In this document: positions 38,917-52,300 of the stretch, piece by piece
Position numbering within the stretch: position 1 is the stretch's first letter
Layout: each line of letters begins with the position of its first letter
NCBI RefSeq assembly: GCF_964194155.1
Contig: NC_135881.1
Location: 197,222,001 to 197,286,000, forward strand
Length of the DNA: 64,000 nt
Direction of reading: 5' to 3'
DNA from: Cetorhinus maximus
Lineage: Eukaryota
Translations under genes and position numbers: made by a program
The notes under the pieces: generated by a model
Told to the model about the DNA's origin: nothing
Databases searched by the model: none
What the model saw: the letters and a program-made list of their open reading frames with translations, nothing else

Positions 38917-39555
38917 AGAACCATAACTAAAGTTGCAGAGAGATAAAGCAGGCCAATATTCAATTATCCCTTTTGATTAGTTTTTGTACTTGCGCTCTAT
39001 ATTTTAGTGATTTATGTGCCTGGACACCTAAACACCTTTCTTCTTCCACAGCTCCTTTGCCCTCACCGTTAGAAAAATATTTTCATTTGTCTTTCTCAGG
39101 TCCAAAATGGATAACCTCAGGCTTCCCCATATTTAACTCCATCTGCCAGAGTTATATCTAATCAGTCTGTCTAAATCCCTTTGTAACTTCCTGCTCCTAA
39201 CTATGTGATTAGTGAGGGCATTCTCAATCACTTGCTTGTCTCCCTCTTCATCTGGAGTTCCTTGTCCACTGCCAACCTCAATATCTTCACCCATAGCGCT
39301 CTGAAAAAAACCCAGTTCCATCATAAACATATTCTCAAATGACTTTCGTCCTCTATGACACCAGTATCGCCGTTGCCAGGATTCAATAGCCCCTTGGTTC
39401 TGTCTATGATGTTGTCATTCCCATCAGGCCCCTGATGATATCCAACCTCAGCTGTTCCCCCAGTACAATTTCAATCTTCACACCTGCAGGGTCAGGATAA
39501 TCTTAGATCTGGGGTTTGCAATCTGCAGTTCTGTGCGGCTACTGACCTGATCATA

Positions 39556-42460
39556 CTAACATACGAAATAGGAGCAGTAGTAGGCCATTCGGCCCCACGA
39601 GCCTGCTCTGCCATTCAATAAGATCATGGCTGATCTGTTTGTGCTGAGTTCTACATTCCCATCTACCTCTGATAACCTTTGATTCCCTTGGCCAGCAAGA
39701 ATCTATCTACCTCTGCGTTAAAAATATTCAGTGACCCTGCTTCCACTGCCTTCTGAGGCACAGTGTTCCAAAGTCGCACAACCCTCAGAAAAAATTTCTC
39801 CTCATTTCTGCCCTATAAGGGCGACCCCTAATTTTAAAACAGTGCTCCCTAGTTCTGGACTCACCCACAACAGGAAACATCCTTTCCATGTCCATCTTGT
39901 CAGGACCATTCAGGATCTTATATAATTCAATCAAGTCACCCCTCACTCTTCTAAACTCCAGTGGAAACAAGCCCAATCTTTCCAATCTATGCTCATAAGA
40001 CAATGCACTCATTCTAGGCATCAATCTAATAAACCTCCTCTGAACCGCCTCCAACGCATTTATATCCTTCCTTAAAAAAGGAGACCAAAACTGCACACAG
40101 TATTCGAGATGCGGTAACACCAATGCCCCGTATAACTAAAGCATAACGTCCTTACTTTTTTGTTCAATTCCTTTCATAATAAAGGATAATATTCCATTAG
40201 CCTTCTTGATTACATGCTGCACCTGCATGCTAACTTTTTGTGACTCATGCATGAGAACACCTAGATCCCTCTGCGCCTTTGAATTCTGCAGCCATCCTTT
40301 GTTTAAGTAATACTGGTTTTTTTATATTTCCTGCCAAAGTGAACAACTTCACATTTTGCCACATTATATTCCATCTGCCAGATTTTTGCCCGCTCACTCA
40401 ACTTATCTATATCCTGCAAACTTCTTCACAACATACTTTCTGTTGAAGGGTCATGTGGACTCGAAACGTCGACTCTTTTCTTCTCCACCGATGCTGCCAG
40501 ACCTGCTGAGTTTTTCCAGGTAATTCTGTTTTTGTTTTGGATTTCCAGCATCCGCAGTAGTTTTTTGTTTTTACTTTCCTACCTAGCTTTGTGTCGTCTG
40601 CAAATTTAGTTAACATGCCTTCACTCCCCTCATCTAAGTCATTGATGTAAATTGTAAAAAGTTGAGGCCCCAGGACAGACTCCTGCGGGACCCCACTAGT
40701 CACACCCTGCCAATCAGACGAAGGCCCATTTATGCATACTCTCTGTTTTTGGCCAACCAACCAATCCTCTATCAAGGCTAATATGTTACCACCTACACCA
40801 TGAGCTTTTATTTTCCACAATAACCTTTGATGTGGCACCTTATCAAATGCCTATGGAAATCCAAGTACAGTGTGTCTACAGCTCTCCTGTATCCATGGCA
40901 CATGTTACTCCTTCAAAAGAACTCTAATAAAATTGGTTAAACATGATTTCCCTTTCACAAAACCATGTTGATGCTTCCCGATTACCTTGTTTTTCAAGTG
41001 TCCAGCTATAACTTCCTTCATGATCGATTCTGACACCTTCCCTACAAAAGACATCAAACTAACGAGCCTATAGTTTCCTGTTTTCTGCCTCCCTCCCTTC
41101 TTGAATAGATGGGTTATATTTACTACTTTCCAGTCTGATGGAACCTTTCCAGAATCTAGGGAATTTTGGAAAATTAAGATCAATGCATCTACTAGCTCAT
41201 TAGCCACCTCTTTTAAGACCCTAGGATGAAGTCTATCCGGACCCAGAGATTTGTCAGCTCACAAATCCGTCAGTTTGCTCAGTACTGCTTTCCTAGTGAT
41301 TGTAATTTTACCAAGTTCCTCTCTCTCCTCCACCTCCTGATTTATTGCTATTACTGGAATGTTTTGAATAAAATTTCCTCTATAGTGAAGACAGAAACAA
41401 AATATTTGTTCATTTCATCCACCATTTCCTTATTATTTAATTTACCTCCCCATTCTCACTCTCCAGAGGACTGACACTCACTTTACCTACGCTTTTCCTG
41501 TTTAAATACCTGTAGAAACTCTTTATCCGTTTTTACATTTCTAGCTAGCTTCCTCTCATACTCCAATTTCTTTCTCCCGATTAACCTTTTAGACATTCTC
41601 TGCTATTCTTTATATTCTGACCAATCATCTGACTTGTCACTCTGCTATTCTTTATATTCTGGCCAATCATTTGACTTGTCACTCATCTTTGCACAGTTAT
41701 ACGTTTTTTCCTCAAGTTTGATTTAGTTAACCATGGGTGGTGGGTCCTCCCTTAAGAATTTTTCTTCTTAGTAGGAATACACTTATTCTGAAAAGTCCCC
41801 TTAAATGTCTGCTGCTGCTTCTCTACTGATCTATCTCCTAGCCTAGTATCCCAGTTCACTTCAGATAGCTCAGCTTTCACGCCCACATGGCTGCCCTTAT
41901 TTAAGTTTAAAATACTAGTCTTACATCACTCTTCCCCCTTTCATACTGGATGTAAAATTCAATCATATTGTGGTCACTGATACCTAGGGGTGCCTTTACC
42001 CTGAAGTTATTAATTAATTCCGTCATGTTACAGAATATCAAATCTAATATAGCCTGCTCTCTGGCTTGTTCCAAAAAGTGCTGCTCTGAGAAACTCTCTT
42101 GAAAGCATTCTATGAACTCCTCATCTAGGGTCCTACTGACAATCTGATTTACCCAGTTTATGTGTAGATTAAAGTCACCCAAGATTATTGCTGTCCTTTT
42201 ATTACAAGCACCCAATATTTCTTCTTGTATACTTTGTCCTACATTGTGGTTACTGTTAGGGGGCCTGTAGACCAGTCCCACTAGTGACTTCTTTCCCCTA
42301 CTATTCCTCATCTCCACCCAAACCAATTCTACATCCCGATCTCCTGAACCAAGGTCATCTTTAACTATTGCACCAATGCCATCCTTGATCAACAGTGCTA
42401 TCTCTTCACCTTTACCTATCTTCCTATTCTTCTTGAATGTCAAATACCCTCAATATTCAG
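39556..42460 (-). mobile_element. CR1 LINE, 5'-truncated ORF2, degenerate
   Basis: [48 protein letters not shown] and PHLEYCVQFWSP; TATGT tail at ~39560. Confidence 0.92.
40441..40571 (+). mobile_element. Short Penelope 3' copy nested in CR1, starting at the hammerhead core
   Basis: TSD TACTTTC (40434-40440 / 40572-40578); (C)TGTTGA-A-GGGTC-ATGTG-GACTC-GAAAC-GTC. Confidence 0.85.
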
Positions 42461-42689
42461 GATCAATTGAACCTATTTTGATTGTAATTAAATGGCTTGT
42501 TTGTTTTTTAAAACTTTTATTAACATTATACTTGTGAAAAAGTATCATTCAATTAACAACCTTTTTTGTAAATACTTTTAAAATGTTTTATGAAATGTCT
42601 GTGTCTTGTTTCTCATTATTATAGGCTTTTGAGCAACAGCATTGCAGCTCTTAAGACTTTGTATTTTCATTAATTCGAAAAAAATGATC

Positions 42690-43950
42690 CTTCTTGTTAC
42701 TAAGGTCACCGAACCTTGCCCTAGACTCTTCATTTCAGAACTAAGCATCTTCTCCAATCCTTTTCTTTCACATTCTCCACATCACCTCCAATGCCCACTG
42801 TGAAGAGATTATCTGTTGTAAAGATTGAGACTATCCACAGTGTTATCCCTTCGCCCCCTATCCCTGACCCAACCTATCCCATATAGCTCTGCGGTTTCTA
42901 GCCCATGTCTCCCCTTCAGAAAAAAAAATCACTCTTGACCCATCTCTTCACTCTATTACAACTATAGCCCTATTTCAAACCTCTGCTGAATCTTCAATAC
43001 TTGTAAACACTAACCTACTTGTTCCTGCTACCCTCTCTCACAACTCTGTTTGAATCCCTTCAGTCTAGATTCTGCCCTGCTCACAATGCCAAGATTGCCC
43101 TGGTTCAAGTCATGAATTGTATTGTGTTTGACTGATTTGTTCTCCTCCTTGACCTCTGCAGCATTTAACAGTGAATCAAGTCTTCCTCCTCAATCGCCTT
43201 TGCAGAGGATTGCCTTTCTGTTGTCGCATTCCTAACTGTCTCAATACAGTCTATGTTCCTACAGTAATGGTTTCTCCTCCTTTCCCCATTTTATGACCAT
43301 CGGTGTACTCCAAAAGTCCATCCTTAGTTTCTTCCTTTTTCTCATTTACAAGTTGTCCCTCAATGATATCATTCATAGGCATGGAGTCAGTTTTCTTTAG
43401 TATGTGAATGACACCCAGCTTCACCTCTTCACGACTGCCTCTATCTGTCTAATTGAACACTAGAAAGAGAAAAGATTAAAGCCAATTTATTTGGTTACCA
43501 TCATGACTTGTCATTAAGTTCATCTCTCTTACAGCTGTTCACTCAGGCTGAACGGGTGTGAAAACTTCTGTTTGACCCAGAGCTAAGTTTCAAATTCCAA
43601 ATATTAATAATCAACAATGCCACTTATTTCTACCTCCGCAACACTGACCACCTCAATCTCATGATTTTGCTACTTCTAGACTGGACTTCTTCAATACCCT
43701 TGTTGTGAAGCCCAGAGCTAAAAACTTTAGTGCTCATATCTTGCCCTGCACTGGATCCATCTCCCTCATCTGGAAATTCTTTTAAAGCCTTGCCTGACCC
43801 AACAAGACTAAACTCTGGCATTCCCTCCTTAAATCCTTCTGGCTTACTACTTTGCTCTTTACCTCAAACTTCCTTACACACTATTTGTTCAACTGTGATG
43901 TTAGGCACCTCTCCTGGATCTTCCACAATTGCTTTTCCCTGCTTATATTA
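42690..43950 (+). mobile_element. Old L2-type LINE fragment
   Basis: Remnants of NYRPISNL (AACTATAGCCCTATTTCAAACCTC), GVPQ (GGTGTACTCCAA) and YADDTQL (TATGTGAATGACACCCAGCTT). Confidence 0.65.
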
Positions 43951-43972
43951 ATATTAAAAGATATTGAGATAT

Positions 43973-45383
43973 GGGATCAGGTTTTGCTGGAGTGAGACAT
44001 CTCATGGCATGCCTCATTATTTAGACTTGTTCGAGCATATTTAGATTTTTACATTTTTACACTGCTGGAAGTTAGAGCTGATGATGCACTGAGGTTTAAA
44101 TTACATTTGGAATCTTGGTGAACTATAATTAAAGAGATTTGTCCCAATGAGATTTAAAGATTTTTTAAAAATAGGAAACACTGAGAGCAAGGGTGATTGA
44201 GAGCAGGCGAATTCAATACCAAAACAGTTGAAGAACTGAAGAAAAGGAAAGAAAAATTGGATTGAGGGAGGTTAAAAACCAAAAGGAAAAATCAGAATGT
44301 TTTTGGCACTTTAAAAACATTCTAAAACAATTCACTATCTTAAGGAATGAGACTCCTCACTTATAATTGTTAACTTTCTAGGCATGAGAGGTTGGTCATT
44401 ACCAATCATTACAAACATCATTAAAAAGATGTTTAGTAAATACCAAACTTAACTTTCTGTTAACTTCGGTCTGGTCGCAAGCATTACCCAGACCTCCCTG
44501 TCGCTTGCCATTTCAACACTTCACCCTGCTCTCATGCCCGTCCTTGGCTTGCTGCATTGTTCCAGTGAAGCTCAACGCAAACTGGAGGAACAGCACCTCA
44601 TCTTCCGACTAGACACTTTACAGCCTTCTGGACTGAATATTGAGTTCAACAATTTTAGATCATGAACTCTCTCCTCCATCCCCACCCCCTTTCCGATCCC
44701 CCCCTTTTTTTCCCAATAATTTATATAGATTTTTCTTTTCCCACCTATTTCCATTATTTTTAAATGTATTTCCATCCAGTTTTATCTCTACCTTTTAGCC
44801 TTTTTTGATTCCTTCACCCCACCCCACCCCCACTAGGGCTATCTGCACCTTGCTTGTCCTGCTTTCTACCCTTAATTAGCACATTCCTTAGATAATATCA
44901 CCACCTTCAACACCTCTTTGTCCTTTTGTCTGTGACATCTTTTGGTTATCTCCACCTATCACTGGCCCTCTATCCAGCTCTACTTGTCCCACCCCCCCTT
45001 AAACCAGCTTATATTTCACCTCTCTTCTATTTTTATTTAGTTCTGTTGAAGGGTCATTCGGACTCGAAACGTTAACTGTGTTCCTCTCCGCAGATGCTGC
45101 CAGACTGCTGAGTTTTTCCAGGTATTTTTGTTTTGGATTTCCAGCACCCGCAGTTTTTTGTTTTTAACTTTCTGTGACAAGTTTAATGGCCAATTAATGT
45201 GCAAATGCAGGAACTTCACACTGCTTTCACAAAGCTAATGGAGGAGCGACGTAAATCAGCCAACAATTTGTGGCATTTCGCAATTCACAGATTATCGCTT
45301 CCTCACTACAGGTTGCTGGATGATTTGTGCATTAACAGTGTATGTCATTGAAATGCTGTTAAATGGTCAGCAAGATCTGAGCC
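43973..45383. mobile_element. TIR-bounded non-autonomous DNA element hosting a PLE fragment
   Basis: GGATCAGGTTTTGCTG … CAGCAAGATCTGAGCC (13/16 inverted match). Confidence 0.45.
44461..45163 (+). mobile_element. Penelope 3' fragment (GIY-YIG C-terminus + 3' region; hammerhead motif at 45038-45078)
   Basis: 12-bp TSD TTAACTTTCTGT (44449-44460 / 45164-45175); highly similar to the reverse complement of 31340-32050. Confidence 0.9.
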
Positions 45384-45559
45384 ACTAACCTCGTTTTCTC
45401 AATGACTGGATTATTCCAAAATCTTGGGATCTTCAGTCTTTCTCCCTCTGTTACACTGCCCACTTCAATTTCATTGCCTTCATTACTTCTGGTTGGACTT
45501 GGTAATTCACATAACTGGGCTTTTGAATCTAAATATTTGCCCTCTACTAATTAAACCAG

Positions 45560-46735
45560 ACATAGCTGTGACATGAGTGAGCACAGCATCCTCCTCCAAC
45601 GCCTTTTCTCTTTTGTCAAGCTGGGTAGGACTTCCCTCGCCTCATTCTAATTTTATCTATCCAGTCATAGCCAGAAAATTATTTGCAATGGTTCCTCTTC
45701 CTGCTCCTGCAGCACCATCTCTGGATCTACCCTTGGTTCTCTTCTATTTCTTATCCATGTGTTGTCCCTTAGCGACATTATCTGAAAACACAACTTTTGA
45801 GTTCCACATGAGCATCACTGATGATGTTCAATTTGAGTTCCACATGTACATTGATGACACTCAACTCTATCTCCTCTCTCGACCAGTCCACTGTTTCTGA
45901 TTTGTCACATTGCTTGTCTGATGAGCAGGAATTTCCTCCAATACCAGAAAGACTGAAGTCATTGTCTTTGAATCACGCCACAAACTCCATTCCCTAGCAC
46001 TGCTTCCATTTCTCTCTCCAGCTACTGTCCGAGGGTGAACCAGATCATTCGCAAACTGTGTCTTACTTTACCCCGAGATGAGCTTCCAACAACATATCTG
46101 CTCCATCACCAAGACCACCTACTTACATTTCTGGAACATGGTCCATCTCTACCCTTGCCTCAATTTATCTGCTGCTGGAACTCTCATCCACCTCTTTGTT
46201 GCTCCTAGATCTGACTATTTTAACATTCCCCTGGCTAGTCTTCTACCTTCTATCCTCCATAAACTTGAGCTCATCCAAAGCTCAAACATCCCTTATCCTA
46301 ACTTGCAACAAGCTCCGATCACCCTCACTGAGCTTACCGACATACCTGGCTTCCTGTCCAGCAACATTTCAATTTTTAAAATCTCATAATTGTATTGAAA
46401 TCCCTCCATGGCCTCTCCTGTTCTATCTCTGTAATCTTCTCCAGCTCTACAATTAAGATCTTTGTGCTCTGCCAGTGCTGGCCTCGTGTACCTCCAATTT
46501 TCATTGCTCTACCATTGATGGTCATACCTTCAGCTACCTCGGCTTCAAGCTTTGGAATACCCTCATTAAATCTCTTTCTGCCTCTCTACCTCCCTCTCCT
46601 TCTTCAAGATGTTTCTTAAAACCTAACAGTTTGATTAAGCATTTGGTGACCTGTCCTAGTCTCTCATTATGTGGCATAGCATCATTTTTTTATTTGATAA
46701 CACTCCTGTGCAGATCCCTGGGACATTTTCGATGT
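45560..46735 (+). mobile_element. L2-type LINE 3' fragment
   Basis: FHMYIDDTQLYL and SFQQHICSITKTTYLH; homologous to 30830-33310. Confidence 0.75.
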
Positions 46736-47020
46736 TAAGAACATAAAATCATAAGAAATAAGATTAGGAGCAGGCCATTCTGCCCTGCTTCGCCATTTAA
46801 TAAGATGGTGACTAATCTTCTACCTCCACTGCATCTTTCTGCATTATTCCCATATCTCTCGAATCCCTTAATATCCAAAAATCTCAATGTCTGCCCTGAA
46901 CACAGTAAATGACTGAGCATGTACAGCTGTATGGGCAGAGTATTACAAAAATTCACAACCATTTGAGTAAAGAAATTTCTCATCTCAGTCCTAAATGTGT
47001 GACACCTTAATCTGAGGCTC
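46736..47020 (-). mobile_element. CR1 3' fragment
   Basis: RNFFTQMVVNFCNTLP, with tail at ~46740. Confidence 0.7.
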
Positions 47021-47049
47021 CTTGTTAAATCAGCAGATAAGGATAGCTG

Positions 47050-49912
47050 CTACAAAATTAATAAAAGGACAAAACTAAAAGCTCTGTATCTAAACGTACA
47101 TAGCATTCGAAACAAAACAGATGAACTGATAGCGCAAGTAAAAATAAGTACAATCTGATAGCCATTACAGAGACATGGCTACAGGATGACATAGATTGGG
47201 ACCTGAATATTGAAGGGTTTGTGACATTTAGGAAGGACAGGAAGTTAGGAAAAGGTGGTGGGGTGGTTCAGTCAATTAATGACAGTATTAGCACATTAGA
47301 GGGGGGTAACCTAAGTTCAGGAAACCAGGATGTATAAGCAGTTTGGGTTGAGATGAGAAAGTATAAAGGCAAAAAGTCACTTGTGGGAGTGGTGTACAGG
47401 CTCCCTAATTATAACTACATGGTAGGACAGGGTATAAAAGAAGAGATAATGCGAGCTTGTCAGAAAGATACAGCGAGAAATCAGATGGGCAAAGGCAGCA
47501 TAGCTGAGGAGTTCACAGAATGTTTTCAGGATAGTTTCTTAGAACAGCACTTTCTGCAGCCAACCAGAGAGCAGGTTATACTAGACCTGGTATTGAGCAA
47601 TGAGGTCGGATTAATTGATAACATCGTAGTGAAGGTAACCCTAGATATCAGCGATCATAATATGATTGAATTTTATATTCATTTGAGGGAGAAATGACTG
47701 CATCCAAGACTAGTATTTTAAACTTAAAAAGGACAATTATGAGGGCATGAAAGCAGAGCTAGTTAAAGTGAACTGGCAAATGAGGTTAAGGGATAGCTCA
47801 ATAGAGGTTTAGTGGCAGACATTTAAAGGGATATTTCAGAATACACAGCATATATACATTCCAATGATAAAGAAAAACTCCAAGGGGAGGGCCCACAATC
47901 CGTGGTTAACAAAAAAAGTTAAAGACAGTGTCAAACTTAAAGAAAAAGCATATAATTACGCAAAGACGGGTGGCAGGTCAGAAGGTTGGAAAGAATTTAA
48001 AGAACAGCATAGAATGATAAGAAGGTTAATAAGGAGAGAAAATTAGAGTACGAAAGAAAGCTAACTAGTAATATAAAGATGGATAGTATGAGTTTCTATA
48101 GATAATTAAACAAGAAAAGAGTTAACAAAGTGAGCGTTGGTCCTATAGAAAGTGCATCTAGGGAATTGATAATGGAAAGTAAGGAGATAGCAGGTGAATT
48201 AAACAGGTATTTTGCTTCAGTCTTCACTATAGAGGACACAAGTAACATCCCGGAAATAGCTAAGTCAGGAAATGGAAGGGAGGGAAGAACTCAGGAAAAT
48301 TACAGTCACCAATGAATTGGTATTGAACAAATTGTTGGGGCTGCGGGCTGACAAATCCCCAGATCTGGATGGACTTCACCCCAGAAGAAGAGGCTAGTGA
48401 GATAGTTGATGCAATGGTTTTAATTTTCCAAAGCTCCCTAGATTTGGGGAAGGCTCCATTACATTGGAAAATAGTAAATGTAACTCCTTTATTCAAAAAG
48501 AGAGGGAGACAGAAAACAGGAAACTACAGGCCAGTTAGCCTAACATCTGTCATAGGGAAAATGTTAGAAGCTATTATTAAAAATGTTATAGCAGGGCACT
48601 TAGAAAAATTTAAAGCAATCAGACAGAGTCAACATGGTTTTGTGAAAGGGAAATCATGCTTAACCAATTTATTGGAGTTCTTTGAAGGAGTCACATGTTC
48701 TGTGGATAAAGGGGAAGTGGTGGATTTCGACTTCCAGAAGGCATTTGATAAAGTGCCACATCAAAGGTTATTGTGGAAAATAAAAGCTCATAGTGAAGGG
48801 GGTAACATATTTGCATTGATAGAAGATTGGCTAGCTAAAAGGAAGCAGAGAGTTGGCATAAATGGGTCTTTTTCTGGTTGGTAGGGTGTGATGAGTGGTG
48901 TGCCACAAGGATCAGTGCTGTGGCCTCAACTTTTTACAATTTATATAAATGATTTGGATGAAGGGATTGAAGGAATAGTTGCTACATTTGCTGAAGATAC
49001 AAAGATAGGTAGGAAAATAAATTGTGAAGAGGACATAAGGAGGCTACAAAGTTGACATAGATAGGTTAATTGAGTGGGCAAAAGTTTGGCAAATGGAGTA
49101 TGATGTGGACAAATGTGAAATTGTACATTTTGGCAGGAAGAATAAAAAAGAAGCTTATTAGCTAAATGGTGAGAGATTGCAGAGCTCAGATTCAGAGGGA
49201 ACTGGGTGTCCTAGTACATGAATCACAAAAGGCTAGTATGTAGGTACAAGTAATCAGGAAAGCTAATAGAATATTATCATTTGAGAGGGGAATTGATTAC
49301 AAAAGTAGGGAGATTATGCGTCAGTTGTACAGGACACCGATGAGACCACATGTGAAGTACTGTGTACAGTGTTGGTCTCCTTATTTAAGGAAAGATGTAA
49401 ATGTATTAGCAGTGTAGAGAAGGTTTACTAGACTAATACCAGGAATGGGCAGGTTGTCTTATGAGGAAAGGTTGGACAGGTTAGGCTTCTTTCCACTGGA
49501 ATTTAGAAGAGTAAGAGGTGGCTTGATTGAAACCTTCTAAGACCCTGAGAGGTCTTGACAGGGTGGATGTGGAGAGGATGTTCCCTCTTGTGGGAGAATC
49601 TAGAACTAGGGGTCACTGTTTAAAAATAAGGGGTCGTTCATTTAAGACAGAGATGGGGAGAAATTCTTTCTCTCCGAGGGTAGAGTGTCTTTGGAATTCT
49701 CTTCCTCAAAAGACAGTGGAGCAGTCTCTTTGAATATCTTTAAGATAGAGCTAGACAGATTCTTAATTAACAAGGGGATGAAAGATTATCGGGGTTGGCA
49801 GGAATGTGGGGTTGAGGTTACAATCAGATCAGCCATGATCTTATTGAATGGCAGAGCAGGCTTGAGGGGCTGAGTGGCCTACTCCTGCTCCTAATTCGTA
49901 TGTACGTATGTT
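47050..49912 (+). mobile_element. CR1 LINE, near-complete ORF2, degenerate
   Basis: AITETWL, GVVYRLPN, ISDHNMI, GNYRPVSLTS, DFQKAFDKVPH and GVPQGSVL; TATGTACGTATGT tail. Same subfamily as 39556-42460. Confidence 0.92.
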
Positions 49913-50591
49913 TGTAAGTTGTTGTTGTCTGATTTGCCTTTTCACCTAGGCAGGTGAGGCATCTATATATTAAATGGTTTCAAGTAACTAGTGGGTACTA
50001 TTCAGCAATGCGTGAGAAACTTAGGGCCCTTTCTTGCGACCTTAACAGGAAACTGAATTTTTTATTTTGCTTGTGGAACCTGCAGCAATGCAGACAAATG
50101 TCAATTTCCAAATGCCAACAGCAAGCGGGAAAATCATGTTTTGGAAGTCAGTGGCACAAGCAAGATTTTTTTAAAAAACCACTATCCACGAGTGAGCTTC
50201 ATGCGTTTACATTATTAAATCCAGTACCCTTATCCTGTTAGCATCCTAACCTTTCATTTGGTTATTCATTTGGCACATTATTCCTGTTGCTGTCTATCTG
50301 CTCAAAAGCTCCCTCACCTTGCCTTTGACCTCAGTAAACCTTTAATCTCTCCTGTCATGGTCATCCATCTTGGCTCCCTCAAGATCAAGGTATGCAGTTG
50401 TCAGTAAATCTGGTGCACAGCTGGTTTAGCCATTCATAGCCAGATCTGACTGGACACATCCTCTGGAAGCGGTGAGTAGTTTTGGCATACACAATTCCAG
50501 ATAACAAAGATAACCATTACCCTCAACAATGTGGCTTCATGTTTCCACTACCAAATAATTCAAAGTGATATGAGGAACCCACCAACTATTC

Positions 50592-50753
50592 TGAAGTTCT
50601 GAAGAAGTGGAGTGGAGTTCTGAAGAAGACTCATACGGACTCGAAACATTAACTCTGTCTTTCTCTCCACAGATGCTGTCAGACCTGATGAGTTTTTCCA
50701 GCAATTTTTGTTTTTGTTTCAGATTTCTAGCATCTGCAGTATTTTGCTTTTAT
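50592..50753 (+). mobile_element. Short Penelope 3' copy with hammerhead motif (50615-50655)
   Basis: 13-bp TSD CCACCAACTATTC (50579-50591 / 50754-50766); GAGTT-CTGAAGA-A-GACTC-ATACG-GACTC-GAAAC-ATT-AACTC. Confidence 0.85.
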
Positions 50754-50769
50754 CCACCAACTATTCAGC

Positions 50770-52300
50770 TGCTCTGCTGTTTATCCCCTTCTCCACTTGT
50801 CTATTAAGTAAATTACCCTCCAGGCTCCTTCCTGCCATAGTCCTAATCTTGAGTCATTCTCTAATTTCTCTCCCATCTCATCTTGTGCCCTCTCCAAGAT
50901 CAACTTCTCTGTAAGATCCACCTTATCTCCCTTGACCCCAATAACCACTAAACTGATCATTCAACTGCACTTCCTGGCCAATACATTGTAAATGGTTTCC
51001 TTCCCAGAAACTATACCCTTCCCTTAAAAAGCTGTTGTTATCACCCTCTCTTAGAAAAGTTTCCTCAAACCCTGTCCTTACAAATTATCACCCAATTTCA
51101 AACCTCCTTTTCCTCTCCGAAGTCCTTGAACATATTATTACCTACTTAAGTCACATCCATCTTTCCAACATTGTATTGCTGCATCCTTCCGATCAGGCCT
51201 GTCACACTATTAAAATTGCCCTAATCAAAGTCATAAATGCTATATTCTTTGCCTGTGGTTCATTTTCTCTCCTAATTCTCTTCACAGCCTTTCACACAAA
51301 TAACCACACCATCTTCCTCCAACATCTGTTTTCTGTTGTCCAGGTATTGTCCCCCGTTCGTTTCACTCTTAGCATTACATTGGTAGCTGAAGCCCCTCGA
51401 GTAATTGCCTCTGTTCCTAACCCCACAGGTTTCCTTCAGCGTCCCTCAAGGATCTCCCTTAAGCCCCTGCATGTTGCTCCTTGGGTGATGTCACCCAAAG
51501 ACATGGAGACAGACCCACATACAGGCAAACAACACTCATTTAATGCCTCTCCACTAACTCATTGCTATCAGACTGCTTGCGCGACATCCCATCTTGGGTG
51601 AGTCACAATTGCCTCCAGTTAAACATTAAGGATGGAAGTAATCATTTTAGCCCCCGGCCGAAACACCACCCTTGTCGCTGAGCTTCTCGCTCTCTCTACC
51701 AGCCATTATTAGGCTAAACGAGGTTTGACCCCAAGCTGAACTACTGATGCCATATCTTTCTATGAAGACTGCTACCTTCCATCTTGCTATTTATTACCTG
51801 TTGCAATCCACATGCTGCCGAATAACTCATTCATGTAATGAAAGATGGCATGACTGGGTGACTCAACTCTTTTGATGTTCGCTTGCCTGGTCTCCTGTTT
51901 TCCATGCTCTATAAGTATTAATGCATGTAAACTGTAACGCCTGTATCCTATTCCAGAGCAAGTCCCAGTCAACCATCACTCCTGTCCGTGCTGATCTACA
52001 TTCCCACATTAAAACAGTGACTGCAGTTCATTGGCTGTCTTTCTTTTTTTGACGCCCTGTCCTCAAACACGTTCATTCGCATTCTTGGGTTGAAATTCCT
52101 ACATGGCCTCACCCCTCCTTATTTCTGTAACCGCATCCAGCCCGAAAACCACCCTCTCTCCCCGGCATTTGGTGTATCGTCCACCCACCCCTTTTAAAGC
52201 CCACCTCGCCGTTCCTAACATCTTTGGGTCAGAAGTATTATTTTGCGCTTGATCAGAAGCTTTCTTAGGTCAAAATGGGTTAATCAAATAAATGCAAGTT
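50770..52300 (+). mobile_element. Old L2-type LINE fragment
   Basis: TNYHPISNLLFLSEVLE…IALIKVIN; L2-like tail AAATAAATGCAAGTTGTT at ~52290. Confidence 0.65.
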
